From contig OZ251531.1 in NCBI GenBank assembly GCA_965243185.1, positions 2,214,532 through 2,278,531 on the forward strand: a stretch of DNA of 64,000 nucleotides, given 5' to 3'. Below the pieces are notes generated by a model. It saw nothing but the letters and a program-made list of their open reading frames with translations, was not told where the DNA came from and ran no database searches. The translations under genes and the position numbers were made by a program. The stretch comes from Dehalococcoidia bacterium (lineage in GTDB: Bacteria > Chloroflexota > Dehalococcoidia > Lucifugimonadales > UBA3495). Positions 44,086 to 55,399 of this stretch are shown here, piece by piece (within the stretch, counting starts at the first letter, position 1; each line of letters begins with the position of its first letter).

Positions 44086-44796
44086 TTAAACTCCCGCTAC
44101 TTCTAAAACTAGCTGCTTGACCGCTTCCGTCGCTGGGGCGGCTGCTGCATCCAAGGCCAACTTTACGTCGCTCATTTTCTTGAGCGGCAATGCCGCTTCC
44201 TGCAACAGCAACTGATGATTTCCCTCTCTTTCTGGGGTCAGCTTCGAGTAAGAGACCGCCCACAGGGGCTTGCCCTGCTTTACGCACTCCATTGCGGCGT
44301 TGATGGTTCCACCGGTTTCTTGGGCTTCCACCACGAACAAGCCCGTGGACAAGCCCACAATCAGCTTGTTGCGGGTCATTGCCCGCCAAGACTGCCAAGT
44401 CGCCTCCGGCTCAAACATAGAGATAGCCAGAAAATTACTGTCCATCTCCACAAGACTCGCCAACTCCCGCCGGATGGAGAACCCCGCAATGCCCTCGGGA
44501 AGCACCGCGATAGTGCTTCCCCCGGCAGCCAATGCGCCTTTATGGGCTTGCCGGTCAACGCCGCGGGCGTACCCGCTGACTACTAACAGGCCGCGTTTGG
44601 CTGCCTCGTTGCCAAACCGGAATGCCCATTCGTGGGCCTCGGCAGAAGCCGCCCGGGAGCCGCAAATGCCAACCCCGGGCTGGGTCAACAGGTCGATGTT
44701 TCCGATGGCGTACAGGGTTACGCTGCCAAGGACGCCCCGCAGCCGCTCCGGGTAACTGGGGTTGGTAGGGGGAATGGCAATGTATTGCATTTTCAT
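44086..44796 (-). CDS. DprA/Smf-like (SLOG Rossmann) protein, ShosA-like
   Basis: GSRAAS...VVSGYARGVDRQAHKGALAAGGSTIAVLPEGI matches the DprA core. Its ATGA overlaps the upstream PRTase stop (an alternative ATG is at 44802). Its stop is 3 nt before the atpC ATG. Confidence 0.75.
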   Translation of the reverse strand: MKMQYIAIPPTNPSYPERLRGVLGSVTLYAIGNIDLLTQPGVGICGSRAASAEAHEWAFRFGNEAAKRGLLVVSGYARGVDRQAHKGALAAGGSTIAVLPEGIAGFSIRRELASLVEMDSNFLAISMFEPEATWQSWRAMTRNKLIVGLSTGLFVVEAQETGGTINAAMECVKQGKPLWAVSYSKLTPEREGNHQLLLQEAALPLKKMSDVKLALDAAAAPATEAVKQLVLEVAGV

Positions 44797-45605
44797 TCCC
44801 ATCGCTCCTTATTCAGGCCGACGCCCCCATTAGTGAATTTGGCGTCTTTGGCAACAGACAGACCGTAAACTTCCCTCGCGCCAGCTTCTCGTAACGCCCG
44901 CGCTATTTCCTTCAGCGTCCCTCCTGAGCGGATTGTGTCGTCCAGAATAAGAACCCGCTCACCGCCGGTTATCTCGGACACCCCTACGCTATGGGCAATT
45001 CGGTTGGTTAAGTCGGTTTCGTTTTCTCCTTCGTTCCAGTCTTTTTGCGGGCCAGTTACTCGGGTCTTGTAACTGCTTATCCGACGCCAACCCCGGTTGC
45101 GGGCAATCTCTTGCGCCCACTTGCCAACCAAGTCTGGAGTACCAGGGTCGCTTTTGGGAGCGGAGATAATAGCGTTAACCGTCCTGATCGGTAGATGTCC
45201 CTCTATGAAATCCTCAATACGAGTTAGGCAATAAGAACTCGCAGACGAGTTGCGCCAATACTTCGCCTGATTGACCGCATTGCCCCACGAGGAGGTGCTT
45301 CTCCGTTCACCCTCAAACAAACTGTAGGGACCGAGAGCATAGCACTCATCCAGCTCTGGCGACAGGTCAATAATTACCCTATGTTTAAGCAGGTCAAAGA
45401 ACCTGAACAGCGTATCCGGTTCCCTGACCCCCTCCAGAATAAACGCAGGGTCGAGAAAGTCGACTTGAGACATCGCCGAAGCCAAGCCAGACCGCTTTAC
45501 TACCTCCTCCAAGTTGCCATGCCCTTCCAGCCGCAACTGCAACCGGTAATCTTGCCCGGACACCGGCGTGAGTTCGTAGGAGTGGAAACAACAGCAGTTG
45601 GGCAT
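44793..45605 (-). CDS. Phosphoribosyltransferase-domain protein, ShosT-like
   Basis: C-terminal PRPP-binding loop VLILDDTIRSGGTLKE; 270 aa. GC is visibly lower than in flanking atp genes. Confidence 0.75.
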   Translation of the reverse strand: MPNCCCFHSYELTPVSGQDYRLQLRLEGHGNLEEVVKRSGLASAMSQVDFLDPAFILEGVREPDTLFRFFDLLKHRVIIDLSPELDECYALGPYSLFEGERRSTSSWGNAVNQAKYWRNSSASSYCLTRIEDFIEGHLPIRTVNAIISAPKSDPGTPDLVGKWAQEIARNRGWRRISSYKTRVTGPQKDWNEGENETDLTNRIAHSVGVSEITGGERVLILDDTIRSGGTLKEIARALREAGAREVYGLSVAKDAKFTNGGVGLNKERWE

Positions 45606-45635
45606 ACGACAAACCTGATAGAACTTTTGTTTGCC

Positions 45636-45664
45636 ATTATTGCATCCCCGTAAAGGGATGTCAA
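45636..45664 (-). promoter_or_regulatory. sigma70-type promoter TTGACA-N17-AATAAT in front of the PRTase gene
   Basis: The minus strand reads ttgaca tccctttacggggatgc aataat, immediately after the atpD stop. Confidence 0.5.
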
Positions 45665-45671
45665 TACCCGC

Positions 45672-47138
<1,467 letters not shown>

Positions 47139-47999
47139 TTATCCTTCGAGGGCAATCTGCCCGCCGACCAGGTCGAGCAGTTCGTTGGTGATGCTGTCCT
47201 GTCGCAGTTTGTTCATTACCAGGGTCAAATCGCCGGCCAGAGATTTGGCGTTGTCGGTAGCGTTCCGCATTGCCACCATCCGGGCCGACTGCTCGCTGGC
47301 AATGGATTCGAGCAGGGCGTGATAGACCTGCATATCGACGAATTGCGGCAGCAATTCCCCCAAGACCGTCAGGGAATCCGGTTCGTAGATGTAGCCGGAA
47401 CGGTCGGATGCGGCGAGTTCGCTGGGTTCGACCGGCAGCAGCTTTTCCACCGTCGGCACTTGGGACACGGTGGAGGCAAAGCGGGTATAGCCGAGATACA
47501 CTTCGTCCATTTCCCCGGCGGTGAACTGGTCGATAATCATTCGGGAAATGGGCAGGGTGTCCTCGACCACCGGCCGGTCGCCCAAGTCGGTAAAGACGGC
47601 GAGCAAATCCTGGCTGTAGCGGGCCATAAAGTCGCGGCCCTTGCGGCCCAGGGCAATGCTGCGTACCGGGGCGGTCTGTTCGAGGATGAACTGGGCGGCG
47701 CGGCGGTTGATGGCGGAGTGCATCCCGCCCGCCAAGCCCCGGTCGGGAGTGATAACCAGCAAGCCGACCCGATGCACCGGGCGGGCGGCGAGGAGGGGAT
47801 GCAAAGTGCCATCATCCCGGGGCTGCGCCGCCAGGTGCGCGATTACTTCGTGAATTTTTTGGGCGTAGGGCCGGCCCTGGACGGTGGCATTCTGGGCCCG
47901 CCGCATTTTTGAGGCGGCAATCAACGACATGGCGTTAGTTACCTTGCCGGTGTTTTCCACGCTGCGGATTCGCCGCCTGATGTCCCTTACGCTAGGCAT
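47139..47999 (-). CDS. atpG: F1 ATP synthase subunit gamma
   Basis: 286 aa. N-terminal IRRRIRSVENTGKVTNAM and C-terminal ITNELLDLVGG. Confidence 0.92.
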   Translation of the reverse strand: MPSVRDIRRRIRSVENTGKVTNAMSLIAASKMRRAQNATVQGRPYAQKIHEVIAHLAAQPRDDGTLHPLLAARPVHRVGLLVITPDRGLAGGMHSAINRRAAQFILEQTAPVRSIALGRKGRDFMARYSQDLLAVFTDLGDRPVVEDTLPISRMIIDQFTAGEMDEVYLGYTRFASTVSQVPTVEKLLPVEPSELAASDRSGYIYEPDSLTVLGELLPQFVDMQVYHALLESIASEQSARMVAMRNATDNAKSLAGDLTLVMNKLRQDSITNELLDLVGGQIALEG

Positions 48000-48026
48000 C
48001 CTGTTTTTCCCGGTTCAGGTTTGGGG

Positions 48027-49535
48027 TTAGCTGAAAGTAGCCTTGAAATTGTTGATCGCTTGGGTCAACTGGGCGGAGACCTCATCCTCGAGACGGCCGC
48101 TGTCGGCAATGCTCTGCCCGATTTCCGGGTGGGTGGTCTCGAGGTAGCTTAACAGCTCCCGCTCAAAGGCGTTCACCCGCTCCAGCGGCACTTCGTCGGT
48201 CAAGCCGGCGTTGACCGCATAGAGAATCATCACTTCCTGCTCCAGTCGCAGGGGCTGGTACTGGGGCTGTTTCAGCACTTCGGTGGAAAGCTGGCCGCGG
48301 GCCAACTGGGCCCGGGTGGCCGCGTCCAGGTCAGAAGTGCCGAATTGGGCAAAGCTGGCTAGTTCCCGGTATTGGGCCAAGTCCAGGCGCAACCGGCCGG
48401 CCACTTGACGAATGGCGCGGGTTTGGGCGGCGCCGCCCACCCGGGAGACGGACAAACCCACATTCACCGCCGGCCGGACGCCGATATTGAACAGTTCCGG
48501 CTCGAGGTAAATCTGCCCGTCGGTGATAGAGATGACATTAGTGGGAATGTAGGCGGAAACATCGCCGGCCTGGGTTTCGATGATAGGCAGAGCGGTAATC
48601 GAGCCGCCGCCGTGTTCAGCGTCGAGACGGGCGGCCCGCTCGAGCAGGCGGCTGTGCAGGTAGAAAACATCCCCCGGGTAGGCTTCCCGGCCGGCCGGCC
48701 GGCGCAGCAACAGGGACATCTGCCGGTAAGCCCAGGCGTGCTTGGTCAAGTCATCATAGACCACCAGCACATCCCTACCCTGCGCCATAAACTCCTCAGC
48801 CATGGCGCAGCCGGCGTAGGGAGCGATGAATTGCAGGGGCGCGGAGTCGGCCGCCCCGGCGTTGACGACGATGGTATGCGCCATCGCGTCGTTTTCCTCG
48901 AGGATGCCCACTACCTGGGAAACCTTGCCCTGCTTCTGCCCGACCGCGACATAGACGCAAATCAGGTCGCCGCCGCGCTGGTTAATGATGGTGTCGAGGG
49001 CAATGGCGGTTTTGCCGGTAGAGCGGTCGCCGATAATCAGTTCCCGCTGCCCCCGGCCAATGGGAATCATTGCGTCAATGGCCTTAATGCCGGTCTGCAC
49101 CGGAGTATCGACCGATTGCCGCACCACCACATTGGGGGCGGTCTGTTCCACCGGGCGGGTGGTCGTGGTGTTAATCGGCCCCTTGCCGTCGAGCGGCCGC
49201 CCCATCGGGTCGACGACCCGGCCAATAAGGGCATCCCCCACCGGAATCTCGATAATCTGGCCGGTGGAGCGGACCTGATGGCCTTCCTTGACGGCGTTGG
49301 CGTCGCCGAGGATGGCCGCGCCCACGATGTCGGACTCGAGGTTGAGAGCCAGCCCCATAATGTCATTGCCGAAGTCCAGCAGTTCGTTGGAGCGGACGCC
49401 TTGCAGTCCCTGAATGCTGGCAATGCCGTCGCCAACCTGCACCACAGTGCCGACATCGACCAGGCTCAAGTCGCCGCCAAACTCCTCAATCTGGCGTCGG
49501 ATTAACGAAACGATTTCCTGACCCCTGATGGCCAT
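48027..49535 (-). CDS. atpA: F1 ATP synthase subunit alpha
   Basis: Walker A GDRSTGKT; 502 aa. Confidence 0.95.
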   Translation of the reverse strand: MAIRGQEIVSLIRRQIEEFGGDLSLVDVGTVVQVGDGIASIQGLQGVRSNELLDFGNDIMGLALNLESDIVGAAILGDANAVKEGHQVRSTGQIIEIPVGDALIGRVVDPMGRPLDGKGPINTTTTRPVEQTAPNVVVRQSVDTPVQTGIKAIDAMIPIGRGQRELIIGDRSTGKTAIALDTIINQRGGDLICVYVAVGQKQGKVSQVVGILEENDAMAHTIVVNAGAADSAPLQFIAPYAGCAMAEEFMAQGRDVLVVYDDLTKHAWAYRQMSLLLRRPAGREAYPGDVFYLHSRLLERAARLDAEHGGGSITALPIIETQAGDVSAYIPTNVISITDGQIYLEPELFNIGVRPAVNVGLSVSRVGGAAQTRAIRQVAGRLRLDLAQYRELASFAQFGTSDLDAATRAQLARGQLSTEVLKQPQYQPLRLEQEVMILYAVNAGLTDEVPLERVNAFERELLSYLETTHPEIGQSIADSGRLEDEVSAQLTQAINNFKATFS

Positions 49536-49661
49536 GGAGCATTCTCCTTACGATTTCAGACTCTCCGGGTTTCCCCCGGCTTCGGCCGCTTGCCGCCCGC
49601 CGGCAAACCTAATTGCCGGATAAGGGGGATGCCGGCCCCAGCCAAAGTTAACCCCGGAACT

Positions 49662-50204
49662 TCAGGCTGCCGCCTCAGTTCGCAGTTGTTTCCGCAGTCC
49701 TTCCAGTTTAGCCCGGGCGCTGCCGTCGAGGAGCCGGTCGCCAATCTGAATGATGATGCCGCCGAGGATAGCCGGGTCAACCCGGGCGGTCAGCGCCACT
49801 TCCTTGCGGATGAGGCCGGCGACGAATTGACGGACTTGCTCCGTTTCCTCGTCGTTCAATTCCACGGCGGTGGTAACGGCGACCTGCTGACGGTCCAGGC
49901 GGGCGTCAAGGCGGCGGCGGTAGCCGATTGCCACATCCCCGACGGTGTCCACGGCGTTGCGGGTAATCAGCAGCGCGCCCAGGTTCCGCACCAGGGGGTC
50001 GACTTCCGGCAGCACCGCGGCCAGAGCGGCGATTTTCCGCTCCAGCGGCACCTCGGCGTGTTTCAGGAAGGCGTTAAACTCGCCATCCTGCAAAGCCGCC
50101 GCCATAAAGTCCAGCTCCGCCGCCCACGGCTCCGCCTGATCCTGCTGCACCGCCAACTCAAACAGGGCTTGGGCGTAGCGGCTGCCGGCCACTTGTTTAG
50201 CCAT
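49662..50204 (-). CDS. atpH: F1 ATP synthase subunit delta (OSCP)
   Basis: 180 aa, N-terminal RYAQALFELA, positioned between atpF and atpA. Confidence 0.85.
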   Translation of the reverse strand: MAKQVAGSRYAQALFELAVQQDQAEPWAAELDFMAAALQDGEFNAFLKHAEVPLERKIAALAAVLPEVDPLVRNLGALLITRNAVDTVGDVAIGYRRRLDARLDRQQVAVTTAVELNDEETEQVRQFVAGLIRKEVALTARVDPAILGGIIIQIGDRLLDGSARAKLEGLRKQLRTEAAA

Positions 50205-50210
50205 CGCTGC

Positions 50211-50711
50211 CTACCCCCGCCGCAGGCTTTCGCCTTCCTGGAGTACCTGGGCAATCAGCTCCTCGTGGGCTTGCCGGTCGAGGGAACGCTGAATAACCCG
50301 CTCGGCGGCGGTAATGGCCAAGTCGCCGAAACCGGCGCGCAGTTCCTCGAGGGCGGCGTCCCGTTCCCGTTGGATGTCGGCCCGGGCCCGCTCGGCAAAG
50401 GCTTCGGCTTCCTGCCGGGCCCGTTCCATTTCACCCTCCCGGTAACGCTGCGCCGCCTCCCGGGCCTGGTCGAGGAGCCGCTGCCCCTCCCGCCGGGCTT
50501 CGTTCAACTGCTCCTCGACGGCGGCTTGGGAAGTGGCGGCCTCCGCCCGGGCCTGTTCGGCCGCCGACAGACCCTCCTGGATGCGGGCCGTGCGCTGATC
50601 CATCGCCGCCATCAGCGGCTTGTAGGCGAACTGGTAGAGGATTGCCAACAGGATTACGAAGGTAATCAGGTAGGCAATGAGCAGGGGCAGGTTGATTCCG
50701 AGTTCAACCAT
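50211..50711 (-). CDS. atpF: Fo ATP synthase subunit b
   Basis: One N-terminal TM segment followed by a long charged helix; 166 aa; position in the operon. Confidence 0.85.
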   Translation of the reverse strand: MVELGINLPLLIAYLITFVILLAILYQFAYKPLMAAMDQRTARIQEGLSAAEQARAEAATSQAAVEEQLNEARREGQRLLDQAREAAQRYREGEMERARQEAEAFAERARADIQRERDAALEELRAGFGDLAITAAERVIQRSLDRQAHEELIAQVLQEGESLRRG

Positions 50712-50715
50712 AACG

Positions 50716-50982
50716 CTAGACCACGAACAGCAGGATTACCGCGACGATAAGGGAGTAAATCCCCAGAGCCTCGGCGAAGGCAATCGCCAGGATCATATTG
50801 GTGGTGATGGAACCGGCCGCCTCCGGGTTGCGGCCGATGGCGCCCATCGCGCCGGCGCCCAGTATGCCGATGCCGATGCCCGGCCCAATAACGCCGATGG
50901 CAATCGCCAAGCCGGCGCCCAGAAACTTGGCCGCTTGCGGCTCCAGCTGCAAGAGAAGGGGTAGTAGCTCCAGTGCTGCCAT
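50716..50982 (-). CDS. atpE: Fo ATP synthase subunit c
   Basis: Helical hairpin with a GxGxGxG-type helix 1, RNPE loop and conserved carboxylate (AFAEALGIY). Confidence 0.9.
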   Translation of the reverse strand: MAALELLPLLLQLEPQAAKFLGAGLAIAIGVIGPGIGIGILGAGAMGAIGRNPEAAGSITTNMILAIAFAEALGIYSLIVAVILLFVV

Positions 50983-51123
50983 TTGTCCGAGTCCTCCCTT
51001 ATGTGTTGGGTTCCGGGTTCCGGGCCGCAGCCCGTCCCGTTAACCGCCGTGAGTAACCCTCTAGGTTAGTGGACCGTCCCGGTTAATCGCGTTGTTCCCG
51101 ATTTTACCGGATTATAGCGGAAT

Positions 51124-52193
51124 CTAATGCTCCTCGTGATGCACCGCCAGGGACAGGAATACCAGGGTCAAGCCGGCAAAGATTACCGCCTGAATCAGCC
51201 CCACCAGCAGCTCGAGGCCGAATACAAAGACATTGGCGACGAACGGCACCAGGAAAGTAATCATCACTACCAGGATTTCCCCGGCGGTCATATTGCCGAA
51301 CAAGCGGAAGGTAAAACTGACAATCCGCACCAGTTCGCTGATGAGTTCCAGGATGCCGACGAAGGCGTCAATAAGACCGCTCGGCCGCAGCCGCAGCAGG
51401 TTGCCAAAGGCAAAGAACTTCTTGAAATAGCCCAAGCCCAATACCCGGATGCCCCAATACTCGACAAAAACGAAAGACACCAGAGCCAAAGCCAGGGGCA
51501 TATTAACATCGGTGCCGGCCGGCCGAATCAGATGGGCTTTCAGCTGAAAGTCCCACCAGCCGCCGCTGCCAAAGCCCACCGCTTGGTACAGCGGCACCAG
51601 AAACAGCGCAATCCAGGCGTTGAACAGCACAAAGAAAAATATCGTTGCCACTACCGGAAAGGCTTTGCGCGCCATCTCCCGCCCTAGCACACTGGCCGCA
51701 AAGTTCAGCACCCCCTCAAAGATACTTTCGACCAACGACTGAAAGCGTCCCGGCACCATCGCCCGTTTGCGCGCCCCAGGACAAAGAACAGGACAATGAC
51801 GATGCTGGCCACCCAAGCGGAGAGCAGGGTGTTGGTAACGGCGAATTGGGTAACGCCGAGGGGGGTGAAGTGGTGTTCCTCCGCCCCGTGTTCGTCATGT
51901 TCCCCGGCATCGGCCGGGTGCTGTTCGGCGTCCACGGCGGCGGTAGCGTGTTCGGCGGCGGGTTTTTCCGCCTCGGGGTATTGGGTATCCGCATAGCCGA
52001 GGCTGCTTTTGACGGCGGAAAAGGGAAAGACCGGCTGCGGCGGCAAATGAATCTCCGGCTGCGCCAAAAACGGCCGCTCCAGCCCGAACATCGTAGAACC
52101 GATGGCCCCGACCACGAATCCGGCAATCAACAGCGCCAGCATAACCACGCCGGCCAGCAACGCAAACCTTTTAGCTCCGGCCCCCGAAGGCAC
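51124..52193 (-). CDS. atpB: Fo ATP synthase subunit a, reading frame broken by a 1-nt shift at the C/G run 51774-51777
   Basis: The N-terminal part (track ORF 51705-52193) ends ...IVIVLFFVLG in one frame. The C-terminal part (51124-51816) continues ARKRAMVPGRFQSLVES in the -1 frame. Joined, they give a normal subunit a. Confidence 0.8.
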
Positions 52194-52456
52194 TACTTGT
52201 CGCTCCCTTTTCCTGCCGGCTCCGCCGGGCCTTTCCGCCCGTACAGTACCGGCAGTATCATCTTATACACGCCCCAAAAGGCGGCAACGCTGCCCAAGAC
52301 TACCCCGACCAATAGCAGCCAGGGCGAAGTCCCGGCAACCCTATCGAGGCCGATACCGATTAGAATGCCCGCGACAATACAGAGGGCCACATACCAGCCC
52401 AATCCGGTCAGGCGCAGGGCAACCAGCCACCAAACCATCCCGCTCACCAAGCGCAA
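52193..52456 (-). CDS. AtpZ/AtpI-family small membrane protein
   Basis: 87 aa with two TM helices; first gene of the atp cluster. Confidence 0.65.
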   Translation of the reverse strand: MRLVSGMVWWLVALRLTGLGWYVALCIVAGILIGIGLDRVAGTSPWLLLVGVVLGSVAAFWGVYKMILPVLYGRKGPAEPAGKGSDK

Positions 52457-52699
52457 GGCATATTACCACTGGATTCGGGAAAAGTCAAACCGGTAATTGG
52501 CGATGATTTTCCCATACTTTTGGCCTATCGGTTTTCAGCAGTTTCCCCCTCGCCTTGAACTTGCTGCCGGCCGGGAAATCGCTGAACGCAAACAAACCCT
52601 TTTAACCAACCTTGCCACCAATAACCGGAGCCGCATCCTGTTTGACACCCGCCAGCATCAACCCTACAATCCCCTTACTCCAGCCCCCGGAGGTCAAAC

Positions 52700-53338
52700 G
52701 TGTCCGTCCGCTACAGCATATCCGTTATTCCCGAATCCCGTTTCACCGTCCGGGCTTATCAGGCCCGGCAGCTAATCTGCGGCCAGTACGCCAGCTGGGC
52801 GGCGGAAATGCACCCGATACACCTGCCCCTGGTGGACTATTTTGCCCTCCCGGAGGATAAAGTCGCGGCGGTTTCGACCGGGCTGCAAGCGGCGGTGCCG
52901 GATTTCGTGCGCTACCACCGCCGCGCCTTGTTGCCGGTATGGGAATTGAACGCCGCCGCCGGGCACCTCTACCTGGACTTTGCCGCCAAAGAAACCTATC
53001 AGCCGCCCGCCCAATGGCCGGTCAACCTCCTGCGGCAGGGAGTTATTGAGCAGCTGCGACCAATTGACCAGTTGCCCCCTTTGCCGGCAATCGACCCGGA
53101 CAATCCGCCCCTCCGCCTGCCCTTAATGCAGTATGCCAACCTGCCGGAACCCGTCTTTGCCGCCGCCGCCGATTTTGCCCAAGCCGTCCTGCGGGAACTG
53201 CTGCTCCCCCGCTACGCCCGCCTGGGCCAGCTGACCCTCCTCCGTTTTGAATCCGCGGCCGCCGGCGATGACTGGAGCCACGGCCGCTGGGCGGCCGATT
53301 TGCGCTTTCAAGTTGTTGACAGCTACCCCCTGAATTAG
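52700..53338 (+). CDS. Hypothetical protein
   Basis: 212-aa ORF with a GTG start and coding-like composition. No motif I can name with confidence. Confidence 0.5.
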   Translation: MSVRYSISVIPESRFTVRAYQARQLICGQYASWAAEMHPIHLPLVDYFALPEDKVAAVSTGLQAAVPDFVRYHRRALLPVWELNAAAGHLYLDFAAKETYQPPAQWPVNLLRQGVIEQLRPIDQLPPLPAIDPDNPPLRLPLMQYANLPEPVFAAAADFAQAVLRELLLPRYARLGQLTLLRFESAAAGDDWSHGRWAADLRFQVVDSYPLN

Positions 53339-53570
53339 AAAGGTCTTTCCCCCCTCTATTTCCCGCCCAGCCTTTAATCCCCCATCCCCCATTTGCCTCC
53401 CGTCCCCAAAAAATCGCCCAAAATCGCCCTTCCTGCCCTTATTGACAAATCCCATTATGTTATATTCTATACCCCGGCTATCCCTTGCAAAACCAGTCCC
53501 GACCCGAACCTAACCCGCCGCCCGGCATCCCGCTAATTTCCGCCGCGCGGCCCCCAAGCGAGCCGGAACT

Positions 53571-54494
53571 ATGTCTCTCGAACGCTTCCTCGACACCCTC
53601 GCCGACCCGGCCCAACCCCTCGGCAACTCCGACTTCATCGAAGTCTCCGACCTCTCCCCCGCCGAGTTAGGCATCTTTGCCCGCGCTTGGTTCCGAATGC
53701 CCCGGGACCGCCGCCGCGCCATCATCGCCGCCATGGTCGAACTGGCCGAGGACAACCCCGAACTCGACTTCGGCGCCGTCTTTAAGATGTGCCTCAAAGA
53801 CCAGGACGAACCCGTCCTCGAACAAGCCATCGCCGGCCTCTGGGAACACGACGACCGCTCCGTCATCCCCGGCCTCCTCCAAATCCTCAACTCCGACAAA
53901 AGCCCCCCAATCCGCGCCGCTGCCGCCGCCGCCCTCGGCAAATTCGCCGCCCTGGCCCAAGAAGGCGTCCTCCTCCCCAAAGACGCCGGCTGCGTCCGCG
54001 ACCACCTCCGCGCCATCCTCGACAACCCCGCCGAAAATCCCGAAGTCCGCCGCCGCAGTCTCGAAGCCATCGCCCCCTTCAACACCCCCGACATCCACGA
54101 CTACTTGTCCCAAGCCTACGCCAGCCCCGACCTCAAACTCAAATCCAGCTCCATCTACGCCATGGGCCGCACCGGCGAATCCGTCTGGCTGCCCTTGCTC
54201 ATCAAAGAACTCCAAAACTGCGAACCCGCCCTCCGCTACGAAACCGCCAACGCCTGCGGCGAACTCGGCGACGAAACCGTCGTCCCCCACCTCATTTGCC
54301 TGCTCCAGGATGAGGATGACCAAGTGCAAATGGCCAGCCTCGCCGCCCTCGGCAAAATCGGCGGCATCCTTGCCAAACGCGCCCTCCTCCGCTGCCTCAA
54401 AGACGGCGACGCCGCTATCGCCGACGCCGCCCGCGATGCCCTCGAAAATGTCGAATTCCTCGAAGACCCCCTCGCCTTCGCCCCCGACCTCTGA
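53571..54494 (+). CDS. HEAT-repeat (PBS-lyase-like) protein
   Basis: Repeated helical units: PIRAAAAAALG, EVRRRSLEAI, ALRYETANACGELG, QVQMASLAALGKIG. Confidence 0.75.
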   Translation: MSLERFLDTLADPAQPLGNSDFIEVSDLSPAELGIFARAWFRMPRDRRRAIIAAMVELAEDNPELDFGAVFKMCLKDQDEPVLEQAIAGLWEHDDRSVIPGLLQILNSDKSPPIRAAAAAALGKFAALAQEGVLLPKDAGCVRDHLRAILDNPAENPEVRRRSLEAIAPFNTPDIHDYLSQAYASPDLKLKSSSIYAMGRTGESVWLPLLIKELQNCEPALRYETANACGELGDETVVPHLICLLQDEDDQVQMASLAALGKIGGILAKRALLRCLKDGDAAIADAARDALENVEFLEDPLAFAPDL

Positions 54495-54938
54495 ATGAAC
54501 CTCACCCCCCGGCAAATCCAACGCCTCAACGCCGCTCCGGTCGGCCGCCTCGCCACCGCCGGCCCGGACGCCGCCCCCCATATCATTCCGGTCTGCTTCG
54601 CCCTGGCCCACCCCGCCGCCGGCGCCCGCCTCTATTCCGTACTAGACCAAAAACCCAAACGCGCCCCCTTGACCCGCCTCCGCCGCGTCCGCAACATCCT
54701 CGCCAACCCCCAGGCCGCCTTCCTCATCGACCACTACAATGCCGACTGGCGGCAGCTCTGGTATCTGCTCCTCAGCGGCCCGGCCCAACTGCTGACCGAC
54801 CCCGCTGACCCGGAGCGTCAAACCGCCCTCCGCCGCCTCCAACAAAAATACCCCCAATACCGAACCATGGCCATCGCCGCCAACCCGGTAATCAAACTGA
54901 CCATCGCCCAAGCCGTAAGTTGGGACGCCGCCCCCTAG
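54495..54938 (+). CDS. PPOX-class (pyridoxamine 5'-phosphate oxidase-like, probably F420-dependent) split-barrel protein
   Basis: 147 aa; GRLATAGPDAAPHIIPVCF ... FLIDHY pattern typical of the family. Confidence 0.65.
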   Translation: MNLTPRQIQRLNAAPVGRLATAGPDAAPHIIPVCFALAHPAAGARLYSVLDQKPKRAPLTRLRRVRNILANPQAAFLIDHYNADWRQLWYLLLSGPAQLLTDPADPERQTALRRLQQKYPQYRTMAIAANPVIKLTIAQAVSWDAAP

Positions 54939-55364
54939 CCGCCGCCGCGCCCTCCCCCAACAGCAAAACCGGCCCCGATTAAAGGAATCAAGGCCGGCTA
55001 ACTCTCTTTGGTTTTGCCCGTCAATAAATACGATGGTACGCATAAAAGTACACCCGCCCGGGGTGTCTTGACTAAAGCCAAGTCCATGCGGGCGGGGAGA
55101 AAATCAATATAATCCTAGCCGGAGGGCAATCCTTTGTCCAGGGGCCGGCCGCCGATTTTCCTGAATTGCCGGAACTAAAAGACCCGCACCATCCCCCAAA
55201 CTCCAAAAGTTTTGAGGGGGTGCGGGGGAACTTTTACAAAAGTTCCCCCGCCGTCTCCCCGGCTGACAACCGTCATCCCCACCCTCTCACCGTCATTCCC
55301 ACGAAAGTGGGAATCCAGAACCCCCAATCCCAAAAACTAATCCGAAAATCCGTCTCAAACCCCC

Positions 55365-55393
55365 TTGACAACTACAAATCCACCCCCCATAAT
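55365..55393 (+). promoter_or_regulatory. Near-consensus sigma70 promoter TTGACA-N17-CATAAT
   Basis: ttgaca actacaaatccaccccc cataat. No ORF with an RBS follows it. Confidence 0.5.
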
Positions 55394-55399
55394 AATACC

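Noticed and set aside
44086-45605. Ordinary competence genes comFC + dprA
   Set aside because: Not fully excluded. However, the PRTase protein lacks the N-terminal four-Cys zinc finger of ComFC, and the DprA-like protein is short with no evident C-terminal winged helix. The pair overlaps TA-style, is lower in GC and sits inside the atp operon. Reported as ShosTA-like with this caveat.
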